The notes: generated by a model not told the origin, from the sequence alone. Positions 17,224-27,421 are shown, counted from the stretch's first letter. The stretch is 64,000 bases of DNA from Lachnospiraceae bacterium (GCA_017394885.1 JAFPWO010000010.1:152010-216009); one strand, 5' to 3'. A program made the numbers and translations.

Positions 17224-18633
17224 TTATTTTGCCTGCAGGTATTCGTCGATGGCCTTCGCGGCTACCTTGCCGGCGCCCATGGCGGAGATGACCGTCGCGG
17301 CTCCCGTCACGGCGTCGCCGCCGGCGTAGATGGCTTCCCGGGAGGTGAGGCCCTCTTCATTGACGATGATGCCGCCGTGGCTGTTCACTTCCAGGCCTTC
17401 GGTCGTGGACTTGATCAGCGGGTTCGGGCTCGTCCCGATCGCGATGACCACGGTGTCCACATCCAGCACGTACTCGGAGCCGGGGATGGCGACCGGACGG
17501 CGGCGGCCTTTTTCATCCGGCTCGCCCAGTTCCATCCGGATCACCTTCATGCCGACCACGAAGCCGTTCTTCTCATCGCGCGGATTCTCCGGATTGTTGT
17601 ACCCCAGGATCTCCACCGGGTTGCGCAGCAGCTGGAAGTCGATGCCTTCCTCTACGGCGTGCTCCACTTCCTCGCGTCTGGCCGGCAGCTCTTCCATGGA
17701 GCGGCGGTAGACGATATAGACCTTCTCGGCCCCGAGGCGCAGCGCGGTGCGGGCCGCGTCCATCGCGACGTTGCCGCCGCCGACGACTGCCACTTTCCCG
17801 CCCTTCATGATCGGGGTGTCCGGATCGTCGAGATACGCCTTCATCAGGTTGCTGCGAGTCAGGAATTCATTCGCGCTGTACACGCCCTTGAAGGACTCGC
17901 CGGGGATATTCATAAAGTTCGGCAGGCCGGCGCCGGAGCCGATGAACACGGCTTCGTAGCCCATCTCGAACAGCTCGTCGATGGTCAGGGTCTTGCCGAT
18001 GACCACGTTCGTCTGCACGTCCACGCCCAGTTCCTTTAAGGTCTCGACTTCCTTTGCCACGATGGCCTTCGGCAGACGGAACTCGGGGATGCCGTACACC
18101 AGCACGCCGCCGGCGGTGTGCAGGGCTTCAAATACGCTGACCGCATAGCCCTTTTTGGCCAGATCGCCCGCGCAGGTAAGGCCGGAAGGGCCGGAACCCA
18201 CGATAGCCACACGGTGGCCGTTGGCCTCCGGGGCCTTGGCCTTCTCGGTGGCGTTGGCGTTGTGCCAGTCGGCCGCGAAGCGCTCCAGACGGCCGATGCC
18301 GACCGGCTCGAAGCGGATGCCGAGGGTACATTTGGCTTCGCACTGCGTCTCCTGCGGGCACACGCGGCCGCAGACGGCGGGCAGGGAGGAGCTGGTATTG
18401 ATGACCTGGTAGGCGCCTTCGAAATCGCCGGTCTTCATCTTCGCGATGAAATCCGGGATCGCGATATTCACGGGGCAGCCTTCCACACAGGGACGGTTCT
18501 TGCAGTTTAAGCACCGGCTCGCTTCGGCCAGCGCGATCTCCTCGGTATAGCCGAGGGCGACTTCGTTAAAATTGTGGGCACGGACTTCCGGCGCCTGAGA
18601 CGGCATTTCATGCTTCTTCGGATCGATCGCCAT
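17224..18633 (-). CDS. nfnB: NADH-dependent reduced ferredoxin:NADP+ oxidoreductase large subunit (GltD-like, NfnB/SudA type)
   Basis: N-terminal Fe-S cysteine motifs (CLNCKNRPCVEGCPV). Two dinucleotide-binding motifs (VAIVGSGPSGLTCA, VAVVGGGNVAMD). It is paired with a PyrK-like small subunit 4 nt upstream. Confidence 0.85.
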   Translation of the reverse strand: MAIDPKKHEMPSQAPEVRAHNFNEVALGYTEEIALAEASRCLNCKNRPCVEGCPVNIAIPDFIAKMKTGDFEGAYQVINTSSSLPAVCGRVCPQETQCEAKCTLGIRFEPVGIGRLERFAADWHNANATEKAKAPEANGHRVAIVGSGPSGLTCAGDLAKKGYAVSVFEALHTAGGVLVYGIPEFRLPKAIVAKEVETLKELGVDVQTNVVIGKTLTIDELFEMGYEAVFIGSGAGLPNFMNIPGESFKGVYSANEFLTRSNLMKAYLDDPDTPIMKGGKVAVVGGGNVAMDAARTALRLGAEKVYIVYRRSMEELPARREEVEHAVEEGIDFQLLRNPVEILGYNNPENPRDEKNGFVVGMKVIRMELGEPDEKGRRRPVAIPGSEYVLDVDTVVIAIGTSPNPLIKSTTEGLEVNSHGGIIVNEEGLTSREAIYAGGDAVTGAATVISAMGAGKVAAKAIDEYLQAK

Positions 18634-18637
18634 CTTC

Positions 18638-19492
18638 TTAACCCTCCTTCAGCAGATTGCAGTCCTTGGCTCTTTCCAGAGCGTGCTGCTCATAGGGGAT
18701 ATACATCCGGCCGCGGGACATCGCTTCGTCAAAATCGACTTCGTAGCCGTCAAATTCGGGGCCGTCCACACAGGCGAATTTCGTGACTTTCTTCCCGTCC
18801 TGATTCAGGGTCAGGCGGCAGCCGCCGCACATCCCCGTACCGTCGATCATGATCGGGTTCATGGACACGCGCACCGGCACGCCGAACGGCTTGCAGGTAA
18901 GGGTCGTGAACTTCATCATGACGCCAGGGCCAATCGCCAGCACCAGATCGAAGCGCTCGCCGGCCTCCAGCATTTCCTTAAGCGGCACCGTGACGTTGCC
19001 GTGGCGGGCATAGGAGCCGTCGTCCGTCATCACGATGAGCCGGTCCGAACAGGCACGGAATTCATCTTCCAGGATCAGAAGGTCCACGCTGCGGAAGCCG
19101 ATGATGCTCGTGACCTCGGCGCCGAGACGGTGAAATTCCTCCGCCGCGGGCAGCGCGATCGCGCAGCCGACGCCGCCGCCGACGATGCAGATCTTCTTAA
19201 TACCTTCCGTTTCGGTCGGTCTCCCGAGCGGGCCCACAAAGTCCGCCAGATATTCGCCTTCCTCCTTCTCGTTGAGGCGGTAGGTCGTGCCGCCGACGAT
19301 CTGGAAAATGATCTTGACGGTCCCGGCTTCCGGATCGGTCCCGGCTACGGTCAGCGGGATCCGTTCGCCGTCCGCATCCACGCGCAGAATGATAAACTGA
19401 CCGGGTTTCGCCTTCCGGGCCACCAGCGGCGCTTCGATCTGCATCTGCGTCACCGTCGGGTTCAGAGGCTTTTTACTTACGATTTTGTACAT
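18638..19492 (-). CDS. nfnA: NfnA/SudB-type small subunit (PyrK-like FAD/[2Fe-2S] ferredoxin-NADP reductase-like protein)
   Basis: MYKIVSKKPLNPTVTQMQIEAP..., GQFIILR FAD-binding motif, and C-terminal cysteine cluster GTGMCGGCR...CVDGP. ATG 19492 has a GAAGGAG SD. The track ORF begins 13 codons upstream without an SD. Confidence 0.85.
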   Translation of the reverse strand: MYKIVSKKPLNPTVTQMQIEAPLVARKAKPGQFIILRVDADGERIPLTVAGTDPEAGTVKIIFQIVGGTTYRLNEKEEGEYLADFVGPLGRPTETEGIKKICIVGGGVGCAIALPAAEEFHRLGAEVTSIIGFRSVDLLILEDEFRACSDRLIVMTDDGSYARHGNVTVPLKEMLEAGERFDLVLAIGPGVMMKFTTLTCKPFGVPVRVSMNPIMIDGTGMCGGCRLTLNQDGKKVTKFACVDGPEFDGYEVDFDEAMSRGRMYIPYEQHALERAKDCNLLKEG

Positions 19493-19552
19493 TGTCTGCT
19501 CCTTCACAAGTATTTGTTCCTGAGGAATCACTGCGGCCTGGCCGCTGTATGC

Positions 19553-20557
19553 TTACCGGATGCGCTCCGGATAGCCGATCTTCTTCTGGACCTTCCGCAA
19601 GGTCTTGTTCGCGTAGTAGGCGGCCTTTTCGGCGTTGTTTTTGATGATGCCGTCCACGTAGGCCTTTTCCTTCGTGAGCCGCTCGTATTCTGCCTGCAGC
19701 GGGCTGAGCGCGGCGACCACAGCCTCTCCCACCGCTTCTTTAAAGACGCCGTAGCCCTGTCCGTCAAATTCCCGGAGGACCTCGTCCACGGTCTTTCCGG
19801 TCACGGCTCGGTAGATATCGATCAGGTTTTTGATGCCCGGCTGCTCGTCGCGGTAGGCGATCTGCCCCTCGGAATCCGTGACCGCCCGCTTAAACTTGCG
19901 GCGGATGTCATCCGGCTTATCCAGAAGGAAGATGCTCGCGTTCGGGTTTTCGTCGGACTTGCTCATCTTCTTTAACGGATCCTGCAGGCTCATGATGCGC
20001 GCGCCGACCTTGCCCAGATACGGTTCGGGTACGGTAAAAAGGTCGCCGTAGATATTGTTGATGCGGATCGCCAGATCGCGCGTGAGCTCCAGGTGCTGGA
20101 GCTGATCGTTGCCCACCGGCACCACGTCTGACTGAAACAGCAGGATATCCGCGGCCATCAGCACCGGATAGGTAAAGAGGCCCGCGTTGATATTGTCCGC
20201 GTGTTTGGCGGACTTATCCTTAAACTGCGTCATGCGCTGCAGTTCGCCCATATAGGTAAAGCATCCCAGGATCCAGGCCAGCTCCGCGTGCGCGGACACG
20301 TGAGACTGATAATAAATGCAGTTCTTTTCGGGATCGAGCCCGGCTGCGATATAGAGCATGAGCAGGCTCCGGGCCCGCTTTCTCAGCTCCGCCGGATCCT
20401 GGCGCACCGTAATGGAATGCTCGTCCACCACACAGTAAAAACATTCGTATTCTTCGTTCAGGCTGACCCAGTTTTTCAGCGCGCCCAGATAGTTTCCGAG
20501 CGTGATCGTCCCGGTCGCCTGCATGCCGCTGAAGAGCGTTTTCTTTCCGTCAATCAT
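19553..20557 (-). CDS. trpS: Tryptophan--tRNA ligase
   Basis: SGMQATGTITLGNYLGALKNW (HIGH-region equivalent) and KMSKS are present. The 334-aa length is typical. AGGAGG SD. Confidence 0.95.
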   Translation of the reverse strand: MIDGKKTLFSGMQATGTITLGNYLGALKNWVSLNEEYECFYCVVDEHSITVRQDPAELRKRARSLLMLYIAAGLDPEKNCIYYQSHVSAHAELAWILGCFTYMGELQRMTQFKDKSAKHADNINAGLFTYPVLMAADILLFQSDVVPVGNDQLQHLELTRDLAIRINNIYGDLFTVPEPYLGKVGARIMSLQDPLKKMSKSDENPNASIFLLDKPDDIRRKFKRAVTDSEGQIAYRDEQPGIKNLIDIYRAVTGKTVDEVLREFDGQGYGVFKEAVGEAVVAALSPLQAEYERLTKEKAYVDGIIKNNAEKAAYYANKTLRKVQKKIGYPERIR

Positions 20558-20572
20558 TGTCAGCCTCCTAAG

Positions 20573-21298
20573 TTATCCCGCGCCGCCCGCCATTGCCATC
20601 CGGACGTGCAGCAGGATCAGAATATGCAGCGGATAAAAGATGTAGAACAGGTATTTGTTCACACTGCTGCCGCGCTCTCCATTATAGAAAGAAAGCGGAA
20701 TAATTGCAAGCAGTGCAAACAGCTGGATCCGCGGCTGCTGCCACATCAGCGCCATAAGCAGCGCCAGCAGGAAGGGATAATACAGGGAATCCTTAAACAC
20801 TGTCCGCCAGTGGTACATGGCAAAGATCAGGGCGATCCCCTTCCAGCCGTAGTCAAAGTTCAGGTAATGCGCCGCCGCGCCGCACACGATAGCGCCGGCC
20901 AGCCCCAGCAGCGGCCAGGGCGTGTTCTCTCCCTTTTCGCGCGCCTTTTTGTAAATAATGATGCCCAGAAGCCCCGTGCTTAAGGTAAACAGGATGTTCT
21001 GATTCCCGAATTCCAGCCAGGTCCTGTGAAAAAACATATCGTAGGGGATCTCGGAGAGGAAGGCAAAGATCAGCAGCCGCAGCAGATACCGCCAGACATT
21101 GCGGCTGCGCTCGGCGCCTTCCGCGATCAGGAAGGCGTAGATCGGAAAGGCCAGGCGGCCGATCGCGCGCATCGGATACCACCACGGGTTCCGGTAGGGG
21201 ATGAACCCGGCGGCTACATGATCGATCACCATCGTGACGAGGGCAAGGAGTTTCAGCCAGTGCCCGGTCAGTCTTTTTTTCAGGGTGAAGCCTTCCAT
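20573..21298 (-). CDS. traX: TraX-family membrane protein
   Basis: WLKLLALVTMVIDHVA..., GRLAFPIYAFLIAEG and FLSEIPYDMFF are typical TraX motifs. The protein is polytopic. Confidence 0.85.
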   Translation of the reverse strand: MEGFTLKKRLTGHWLKLLALVTMVIDHVAAGFIPYRNPWWYPMRAIGRLAFPIYAFLIAEGAERSRNVWRYLLRLLIFAFLSEIPYDMFFHRTWLEFGNQNILFTLSTGLLGIIIYKKAREKGENTPWPLLGLAGAIVCGAAAHYLNFDYGWKGIALIFAMYHWRTVFKDSLYYPFLLALLMALMWQQPRIQLFALLAIIPLSFYNGERGSSVNKYLFYIFYPLHILILLHVRMAMAGGAG

Positions 21299-21354
21299 CG
21301 TTGTTCCTCTGCCGTCTACTATACCCGATTCCGCTTAAAAAGAAAAGGCTTCCG

Positions 21355-21398
21355 GTTAAAAAAATAAGGTGACAATGGGGCAAAGCCCCACTGTCACC
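21355..21398 (-). terminator. Rho-independent terminator after the OppA-like SBP gene
   Basis: The minus strand reads GGTGACAGTGGGGCTTTGCCCCATTGTCACC followed by TTATTTTTTT. Confidence 0.85.
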
Positions 21399-21430
21399 TC
21401 GTGATGAGACCCGACTATCGGTTCAGCGCC

Positions 21431-23236
21431 TTAGCGGCCGAACTGGCAGTCGTTGTTGCCGGAGACGGTGGTCCACATCTCAAGCATGTTGATCGGGTCG
21501 TTGAAGTCAGCGATCCAGCCTTCACGGGCAAAGTCGAAGTTGCCGGCCTTGCGCTCTTCCAGGAATACGTTCCATTCCTGCTGCTGAATGTTCAGCTCGA
21601 TGCCGACGGCCTTCAGATCCTGCTGAATGGATTCAGCGATCTTGATGTGGCCGGAGGTCGGGTTGGTCAGGTAGGTCAGCTGGATCGGGGTGGAAGCGCT
21701 CAGCATGCCGTCTTCGCCGAATTCGAAGCCGGCCGCTTTCAGCAGGGTGCGGGCCTTCTCAACGGTCTCTTCATACTTGTCGTTGATCGCCTTGACGTCA
21801 AAGTAGCCGTCTTCCGCTTTCTCCTTGAAGATGCCGCCGTTGCCGTCCGCCATGCCCAGCGGGATGAAGGAGTTCGCAGCGACCTGGCCGGTCTGGCCGA
21901 TGTTCTCGCAGATGTAGTCACGGTCGATCAGGATCGTGAAAGCTTCACGCATGCAGGCAGCCTGTTCCGGGGTCTTGCCTTCGAAGATCGCGCTCTTCGC
22001 GTTGAAGGCCACATAGTAGGTGCCCAGCTCGTCTACGATATGGAACTCGGGGTTGTTCAGCAGGGACTTCACTTCATCGGTCGGAACGGAGTCCGCGAAA
22101 TCCAGGTCGCCCGCATTGTACGCGGCATAGATGGCGGTATCGTCGGAGGACAGCATGTATTCCAGCTTCTCCACGGTTACGTTGTCGGCATCATACCAGT
22201 ACGGGTTCTTCTCGTAGGTCATGGAGGTGTCGTGGCTCCAGCCGGTGCAGACATACGCGCCGTTGGACACGAAGCCGGCATCCTGGCACCAGCCGCCCGG
22301 AGAGGTCTTCCAGTCGGCATAGCCTTCCACCGCAGACTGCTTGACCGGGTAGAAGGTCGGGAACGCCATCAGGTCTTCCATGTAAGCGCAGGGAGCATTC
22401 AGCTCGAAAACGAAGGTGGTCGCATCCGGAGCGGAAACAGCCAGATCGTTCGGGAAGCCCTTGATGTTGTCGAACATGTACGCATAGTCCGCGCCGGTGT
22501 CATCCGAAGCGGCCCGCTTCCAGGAGTAGACGAAATCGTCGGCCGTCAGATCGGAGCCGTCGGACCACTTCAGGCCGGACTTTAACGTCACGGTGTAGGT
22601 CAGGCCGTCTTCGCTTACGGTGTAGCTTTCCGCACAGGCAGGAACCGGAACGCCTTCGGCATTGTAGGTGTACAGGCCGGAGAAGGAGTTCGCCGCCAGG
22701 CAGGCGCCGTCAACGGAGCTGTTCAGGGCAGGATCCAGATAATCCGGCTCGCTGGACAGGTTCAGGCGCAGGGTGTCGGAACCGTTCGACAGCTTGGTGT
22801 ACATGAAGAACTTGGTGGCGTACGGGTTCGAATAGATCCCTTCCACGTAATCCTTCTGCAGATAGATATCGTTGTAATAGTAGATCGGGATGACGCAGTT
22901 GGTCGCCATCAGGATATCTTCTGCCTGATGCATCAGTTCGGTCCGCTTGGTAAAGTCGGTCTCTGCCTTGATCTGCGCGATCAGTTCGTCATACGTCGAC
23001 CAGGCGCCGATCGGGTCGATGAACGCATCGCTGACCAGGCTGGCCGCGTCATCGCCCTTGGGAGCTTCGGTTTCTTCCTGTGCTTTGGTGGTATCTTCGG
23101 CCTTGGTGTCCGGAGCCTGGGTCTCAGACTCTTTCGGAGCCTCTGTCGGCGCCGCGGTCGTTCCGGACGATCCGCCGCAGCCGGCCAGCGCGAATACCAT
23201 GATTGCTGCAAGAAGAAGTGCTAAAAATTTCTTCAT
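21431..23236 (-). CDS. oppA: Family-5 oligopeptide-binding lipoprotein (OppA-like)
   Basis: Lipobox MKKFLALLLAAIMVFALAGCGG, an acidic linker, then an SBP_bac_5 body. It is the last gene of the oppBCDF-A run. Confidence 0.85.
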   Translation of the reverse strand: MKKFLALLLAAIMVFALAGCGGSSGTTAAPTEAPKESETQAPDTKAEDTTKAQEETEAPKGDDAASLVSDAFIDPIGAWSTYDELIAQIKAETDFTKRTELMHQAEDILMATNCVIPIYYYNDIYLQKDYVEGIYSNPYATKFFMYTKLSNGSDTLRLNLSSEPDYLDPALNSSVDGACLAANSFSGLYTYNAEGVPVPACAESYTVSEDGLTYTVTLKSGLKWSDGSDLTADDFVYSWKRAASDDTGADYAYMFDNIKGFPNDLAVSAPDATTFVFELNAPCAYMEDLMAFPTFYPVKQSAVEGYADWKTSPGGWCQDAGFVSNGAYVCTGWSHDTSMTYEKNPYWYDADNVTVEKLEYMLSSDDTAIYAAYNAGDLDFADSVPTDEVKSLLNNPEFHIVDELGTYYVAFNAKSAIFEGKTPEQAACMREAFTILIDRDYICENIGQTGQVAANSFIPLGMADGNGGIFKEKAEDGYFDVKAINDKYEETVEKARTLLKAAGFEFGEDGMLSASTPIQLTYLTNPTSGHIKIAESIQQDLKAVGIELNIQQQEWNVFLEERKAGNFDFAREGWIADFNDPINMLEMWTTVSGNNDCQFGR

Positions 23237-23293
23237 TCCATTTTCCCTCCTTTGATGGATTGATATACAGAACCTTTTCAGGTTGCTGACTGT

Positions 23294-24253
23294 TTATTTG
23301 ACCCAGCAGGCGACTTCATGGCCGCCGCCGCGGTCGGTAAGCGTCGGGCATTCCTCCGCGCACTGCTCCGTCGCGTAGCGGCAGCGGGTCCGGAACGGGC
23401 AGCCGCTCGGCCGCTTTAACGGGCTGGGCACGTCGCCCTCCAGAATGATGCGCTTGCGGGCCCTTGTCACGTCGGGATCGGGGATCGGCACGGCGGACAG
23501 GAGCGACTCCGTATACGGATGGATCGGATGCCCGTTCAGCTCGTCCGCGTCCGCGATCTCCACGATCTTGCCCAGATACATGACCGCGATGCGCTTGCTG
23601 ATGTGGTGCACGACCAGCAGGTCGTGGGCGATGAACAGGTAAGCGACGCCCAGCTTGTCCTGCAGCTCTTCAAACATGTTGATGACCTGCGCCTGGATGG
23701 ATACGTCCAGCGCGGAGACCGGCTCGTCGCAGACGATGAACTCCGGCCGCACGGCCAGGGCGCGGGCGATCCCGATACGCTGGCGCTGCCCGCCGGAAAA
23801 CTCGTGCGCATAGCGGGTCGCGTGTTCCGCGTTCAGGCCGACGATCTCCATCAGCTCCAGGATCCTCTCCCGCCGTTCCTTCCGGTTCGCGCAGAGCTTG
23901 TGCACATCCAGCGGCTCGCCGATGATATCCTCGACCGTCATGCGCGGGTCCAGCGAAGAGTACGGGTCCTGGAACACCATCTGCATCTTTTTTCGCATGC
24001 GGGTGATATTGGAATCCGTGATCAGCTCGCCGTCAAAGATCACTTCTCCGCCGGTCGGCTTGTACAGCCGCAGGATCGAACGGCCGGCTGTCGTCTTGCC
24101 GCAGCCGGATTCGCCCACGAGGCCCAGCGTCTCTCCCTTCCCGATCGTGAAGGAAATATCGTCGACCGCCTTTAAGGGAATGGTCTTGACAAAGCCGACC
24201 TTCACCGGGAAATACTGCTTGAGGTTCCTTACTTCAACCAGAGTTTCACTCAT
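23294..24253 (-). CDS. oppF: Oligopeptide ABC transporter ATP-binding protein (OppF-like)
   Basis: Walker A GESGCGKTT, signature FSGGQRQR, Walker B FIVCDEPVSALD, and a C-terminal oligopeptide-transporter cysteine motif (GCPFRTRC...C). Confidence 0.9.
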   Translation of the reverse strand: MSETLVEVRNLKQYFPVKVGFVKTIPLKAVDDISFTIGKGETLGLVGESGCGKTTAGRSILRLYKPTGGEVIFDGELITDSNITRMRKKMQMVFQDPYSSLDPRMTVEDIIGEPLDVHKLCANRKERRERILELMEIVGLNAEHATRYAHEFSGGQRQRIGIARALAVRPEFIVCDEPVSALDVSIQAQVINMFEELQDKLGVAYLFIAHDLLVVHHISKRIAVMYLGKIVEIADADELNGHPIHPYTESLLSAVPIPDPDVTRARKRIILEGDVPSPLKRPSGCPFRTRCRYATEQCAEECPTLTDRGGGHEVACWVK

Positions 24254-25244
24254 TTCGGGACACCTCCTCGTATGCCGCTTTGATATTCATCCAGCAGGCT
24301 GCCTTATGATCCTCGTTGATCACGATCTCTTCCGGCACTTCCTGCAGGCAGATCTTCATGGCGGCGTCGCACCGGGGGCAGAACGCGCAGCCCTTCGGCA
24401 GGTTCAGCATATTGATGGGCGTGCCTTCGATGGGGATGAGCCGCTCCTTCATGTTGTTCACATTCGGGATCGAGCGCAGCAGGCCCTTGGTGTATTCATG
24501 CTTCGGGTTGTAGAAGATCTCCCGGGCGGTGCCGCGTTCGCAGATGCGGCCGCCGTACATGACCACGATGTTGTCGCACATATCGGCAATGACGCCGAGG
24601 TCGTGGGTCACCAGGATGACGGCCATGCCCATCTTCTTCTGCAGCGACTGGATCAGTTCCAGGATCTGCGCCTGGATCGTCACGTCCAGGGCCGTGGTCG
24701 GCTCGTCCGCGATCAGGATATCCGGTTCGCAGGCGAGGGCCATCGCGATCATGACACGCTGCCGCATGCCGCCGGAATGCTCGAAGGGGTACTGTTTCAT
24801 CCGCTTCTCGGGCTCGTTGATGCCCACGGCTTCCAGCAGCTCGATGACCCGGGCGTCCGCTTCGGCGCCGCGGCGGTTCGTGTGCAGCACCACGGCTTCC
24901 TTTAACTGGCTGCCGATGGTGAAGACCGGGTTGAGGCTCGTCATAGGATCCTGGAAGATGATGGAGCAGTTCTTCCCGCGGAAGCTCTGCATCTTCTTTT
25001 CGCTCCAGGTCGTCAGATCCTCTCCCTTGAACAGGATCTTTCCTTCGGTGATCCGGCCGGTATCGGCCAGGATCTGCATAATGGAATAGGCGGTGACCGA
25101 TTTCCCGGAGCCGGACTCGCCGACGATCCCGAGGATCTCGCCCGGATTCAGCTGGAAGCTGACCCCGTTGACGGCCTGCACTTCGCCGTTATCGGTAAAG
25201 AATGAGGTGTGCAGATTCTGCACATTCAGCAATGTTTCACTCAT
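24246..25244 (-). CDS. oppD: Oligopeptide ABC transporter ATP-binding protein (OppD-like)
   Basis: Walker A GESGSGKS, signature HSGGMRQR, Walker B ILIADEPTTALD. I prefer ATG 25244 (GAGGTGA SD; MSETLLNVQNLHTSF parallels the other OppD) over the GTG at 25253. Confidence 0.9.
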   Translation of the reverse strand: MSETLLNVQNLHTSFFTDNGEVQAVNGVSFQLNPGEILGIVGESGSGKSVTAYSIMQILADTGRITEGKILFKGEDLTTWSEKKMQSFRGKNCSIIFQDPMTSLNPVFTIGSQLKEAVVLHTNRRGAEADARVIELLEAVGINEPEKRMKQYPFEHSGGMRQRVMIAMALACEPDILIADEPTTALDVTIQAQILELIQSLQKKMGMAVILVTHDLGVIADMCDNIVVMYGGRICERGTAREIFYNPKHEYTKGLLRSIPNVNNMKERLIPIEGTPINMLNLPKGCAFCPRCDAAMKICLQEVPEEIVINEDHKAACWMNIKAAYEEVSRNE

Positions 25245-25249
25245 GGCGG

Positions 25250-26332
25250 TCACCTCTTCAGCTTCGGATCGAAGGCGTCGCGCAGACCGTCGCCCAGAAG
25301 GTTCAGGCTCAGAACGATGAGGCAGATCATCACAGCCGGGAAGACCAGCTTATACGGATAACTCTGCAGGCCTTCGCGCGCCGCGTTGGCCAGCGATCCG
25401 AGCGAGGGCATGGGCGCCTTGACGCCGATGCCGACGAAGCTTAAAAAGCTTTCGGTAAAGATGGCGGACGGGATCTGCAGGGCCGTCGAAATAATGATGA
25501 CCGACAGGCAGTTCGGCAGGATATGCTTGCGGATGATCCGGCCGGGCTTCGCGCCGATCGAGCGCGCCGCCAGGATGTATTCGTTTTCCTTGATGGAAAG
25601 GATCTGTCCGCGGATGAGCCGCGCCATGCCGACCCAGTACAAAAGGCCGAAGACGATAAACAGGCTGACCATACTGGTCCCGAGCCGGGCCAGGAATGTG
25701 CCGCTCGGGAACTGCAGGGTCTCCTGCAGGACCACGGAGAGGAGGATGATCATCAGCATGTCCGGAAGGGAATATATGATATCCACGATCCGCATCATGA
25801 TCAGGTCGACCTTGCCCCCCAGATACCCCGATATACTGCCGTACAGCATCCCGATGATCAGTACGATGATCGCGGCGAAAAGCCCGATAAAGAAGGAGAC
25901 CCGGGTGCCGTATACGACACGGATAAAGTAGTCACGGCACATTTCATCGGTTCCGAAAATGTGCGGGAAGCGCGTGCCGCCGTTTTCAATATACTTTTGT
26001 TCCAGCTCGCTGTAGGTAAACGGAGCCAGGTTTTTCGCGCCTTTGTCGCGCCGTCCCTCTACGGAAAGGATCTCCTCGTATTTATACGGGACGACCATCG
26101 GCGCAAAGATAATCACCAGCAGGATCAGGCAGATAAAAATGATGCTCATCACGGCCAGCGGATTCCGGAAGAGCTTTCGCATGCCGTCCTTGAAGAAAGT
26201 GGTGCTTTCTCCCATAACGTCCTGCTGCCGCTTTTCCTCCTCGGTGGCCGGCGCGAAGGATTCCTGGGAAAACTTGCTCAGATCGATCTGGAGACTGAGC
26301 GGATTCTTTTTGAAGGAAGGTTCTTTATCCAT
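25250..26332 (-). CDS. oppC: Oligopeptide ABC transporter permease (OppC-like), normal short outer loop
   Basis: TM1, then a ~50-aa loop, then HIFGTDEMCRDYFIRV and the permease core. GAGGTGA SD. Confidence 0.9.
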   Translation of the reverse strand: MDKEPSFKKNPLSLQIDLSKFSQESFAPATEEEKRQQDVMGESTTFFKDGMRKLFRNPLAVMSIIFICLILLVIIFAPMVVPYKYEEILSVEGRRDKGAKNLAPFTYSELEQKYIENGGTRFPHIFGTDEMCRDYFIRVVYGTRVSFFIGLFAAIIVLIIGMLYGSISGYLGGKVDLIMMRIVDIIYSLPDMLMIILLSVVLQETLQFPSGTFLARLGTSMVSLFIVFGLLYWVGMARLIRGQILSIKENEYILAARSIGAKPGRIIRKHILPNCLSVIIISTALQIPSAIFTESFLSFVGIGVKAPMPSLGSLANAAREGLQSYPYKLVFPAVMICLIVLSLNLLGDGLRDAFDPKLKR

Positions 26333-26344
26333 ACTTCACCTCGC

Positions 26345-27256
26345 TCAGTCAAACTGGATCCGGGGATCCACCAGCTTGTACAACAGGTCGCAGACCAGGT
26401 TGGCGATGACCACCAGGGTCGCCAGGAAGATGGTCGTGGCCATGATCATGGTATAGTCGCGGTTCGTGATGGCCGTCACGAATTTGCTGCCGAGCCCGCC
26501 GATCGTAAAGATCGTCTCAATGACCATGGAGCCGGTAATGATATAGGCGATCTGCGGACCCGCGTAGGTAATGACCGGGATCAGCGAATTCCGCAGCGCA
26601 TGCTTGAAGATCATGAGGAACTTGGATACGCCCTTGGCGCGCGCGGTCCGGATATAGTCCTGGCTGAGCGCGTCCAGCATGCTGGTCTTGGACAGACGCG
26701 TGATGTAGGCCGTAGGATAGGCCGCCAGCGCAATGACCGGCAGCAGATAGTTGATCTTGTTGGCACTCCAGACCTGGATGATCGGGAACTTGATGCAGAA
26801 CAGCAGCAAAAGGAGCGTCGCCAGAATAAAGCTGGGCACTGCGGTAAACAGTGTCGAGAAGAAAACGATGAGACGGTCCGGAAGCTTGTTGCGCATCAGC
26901 GCGGCCGTGCTGCCGAAAACCGTGCCCAGAAGCAAAGCGACCGCCATGGCCAGAAGGCCGAGCCGGGCGGAGATCGGGAAGGATTCCCCGATGATGGCCG
27001 AGATCTCCCGGCCGTTCTTTAAGGACACGCCTAAATACCCGTGCAGGAAGTTGTCCATGTACAGAATGAACTGCTGCCAGAGCGGTTTGTCCAGATTATA
27101 ACGGGCGTTCAGGGCGGCGATCGTTGCTTCGCTTAGCGCCTTTTCCTTGTTGAACGGGCCGCCGGGAATGGCGTGCATCAGGAAAAAGGTGATAAGGCAG
27201 ATAATGAAAACCGTCAGAACGGCGAGAAAAAGGCGTTTGATGACGTACTTGATCAC
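26345..27256 (-). CDS. oppB: Oligopeptide ABC transporter permease (OppB-like)
   Basis: MIKYVIKRLFLAVLTVFIICLITFFLMH is a typical OppB N-terminus. IRTARAKGVSKFLMIFKHALRNSLIP loop. GTG start at 27256 behind GGAAGGAGAAG. Confidence 0.9.
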   Translation of the reverse strand: MIKYVIKRLFLAVLTVFIICLITFFLMHAIPGGPFNKEKALSEATIAALNARYNLDKPLWQQFILYMDNFLHGYLGVSLKNGREISAIIGESFPISARLGLLAMAVALLLGTVFGSTAALMRNKLPDRLIVFFSTLFTAVPSFILATLLLLLFCIKFPIIQVWSANKINYLLPVIALAAYPTAYITRLSKTSMLDALSQDYIRTARAKGVSKFLMIFKHALRNSLIPVITYAGPQIAYIITGSMVIETIFTIGGLGSKFVTAITNRDYTMIMATTIFLATLVVIANLVCDLLYKLVDPRIQFD

Positions 27257-27339
27257 CGCAGCTTCTCCTTCCTGTTCCGGCCTGCGGGCAGAGCCTTATT
27301 GCCGCAGGGTGTTCAGGTTCCGTGAACCTGATTTTGTTG

Positions 27340-27368
27340 ATTATACTGTCCTCCTAAACAGAAGTCAA
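27340..27368 (-). promoter_or_regulatory. Putative promoter of the oppBCDFA operon
   Basis: The minus strand reads TTGACT (27368..27363), a 17-nt spacer, then TATAAT (27345..27340). The leader is ~75 nt and contains two small hairpins. Confidence 0.65.
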
Positions 27369-27409
27369 CACGGAATATATTTTTTCTGATTATATTTGCA
27401 TATTCCGTG
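27369..27409. promoter_or_regulatory. 10-bp perfect inverted repeat flanking an AT-rich 21-nt core, abutting the -35 box (candidate operator)
   Basis: CACGGAATAT (27369..27378) pairs with ATATTCCGTG (27400..27409). The intervening sequence is attttttctgattatatttgc. Confidence 0.4.
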
Positions 27410-27421
27410 ATATTTGCCGAA

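Noticed and set aside
19493-21430. Expected T-box leaders upstream of trpS (and of metG at 39790..39948)
   Set aside because: trpS starts 15 nt after the traX stop, and the traX upstream gap is only ~130 nt and is occupied by a terminator. The 159-nt metG upstream gap is mostly taken by the lpd terminator, leaving ~74 nt. Neither has room for a ~200-nt T-box, and no specifier or T-box motif was seen.
27379-27393. CodY-box-like sequence ttttttctgattata in the opp upstream region
   Set aside because: It matches the AATTTTCWGAAAATT consensus at only ~10 of 15 positions, which is too weak to call without a genome-wide motif model.
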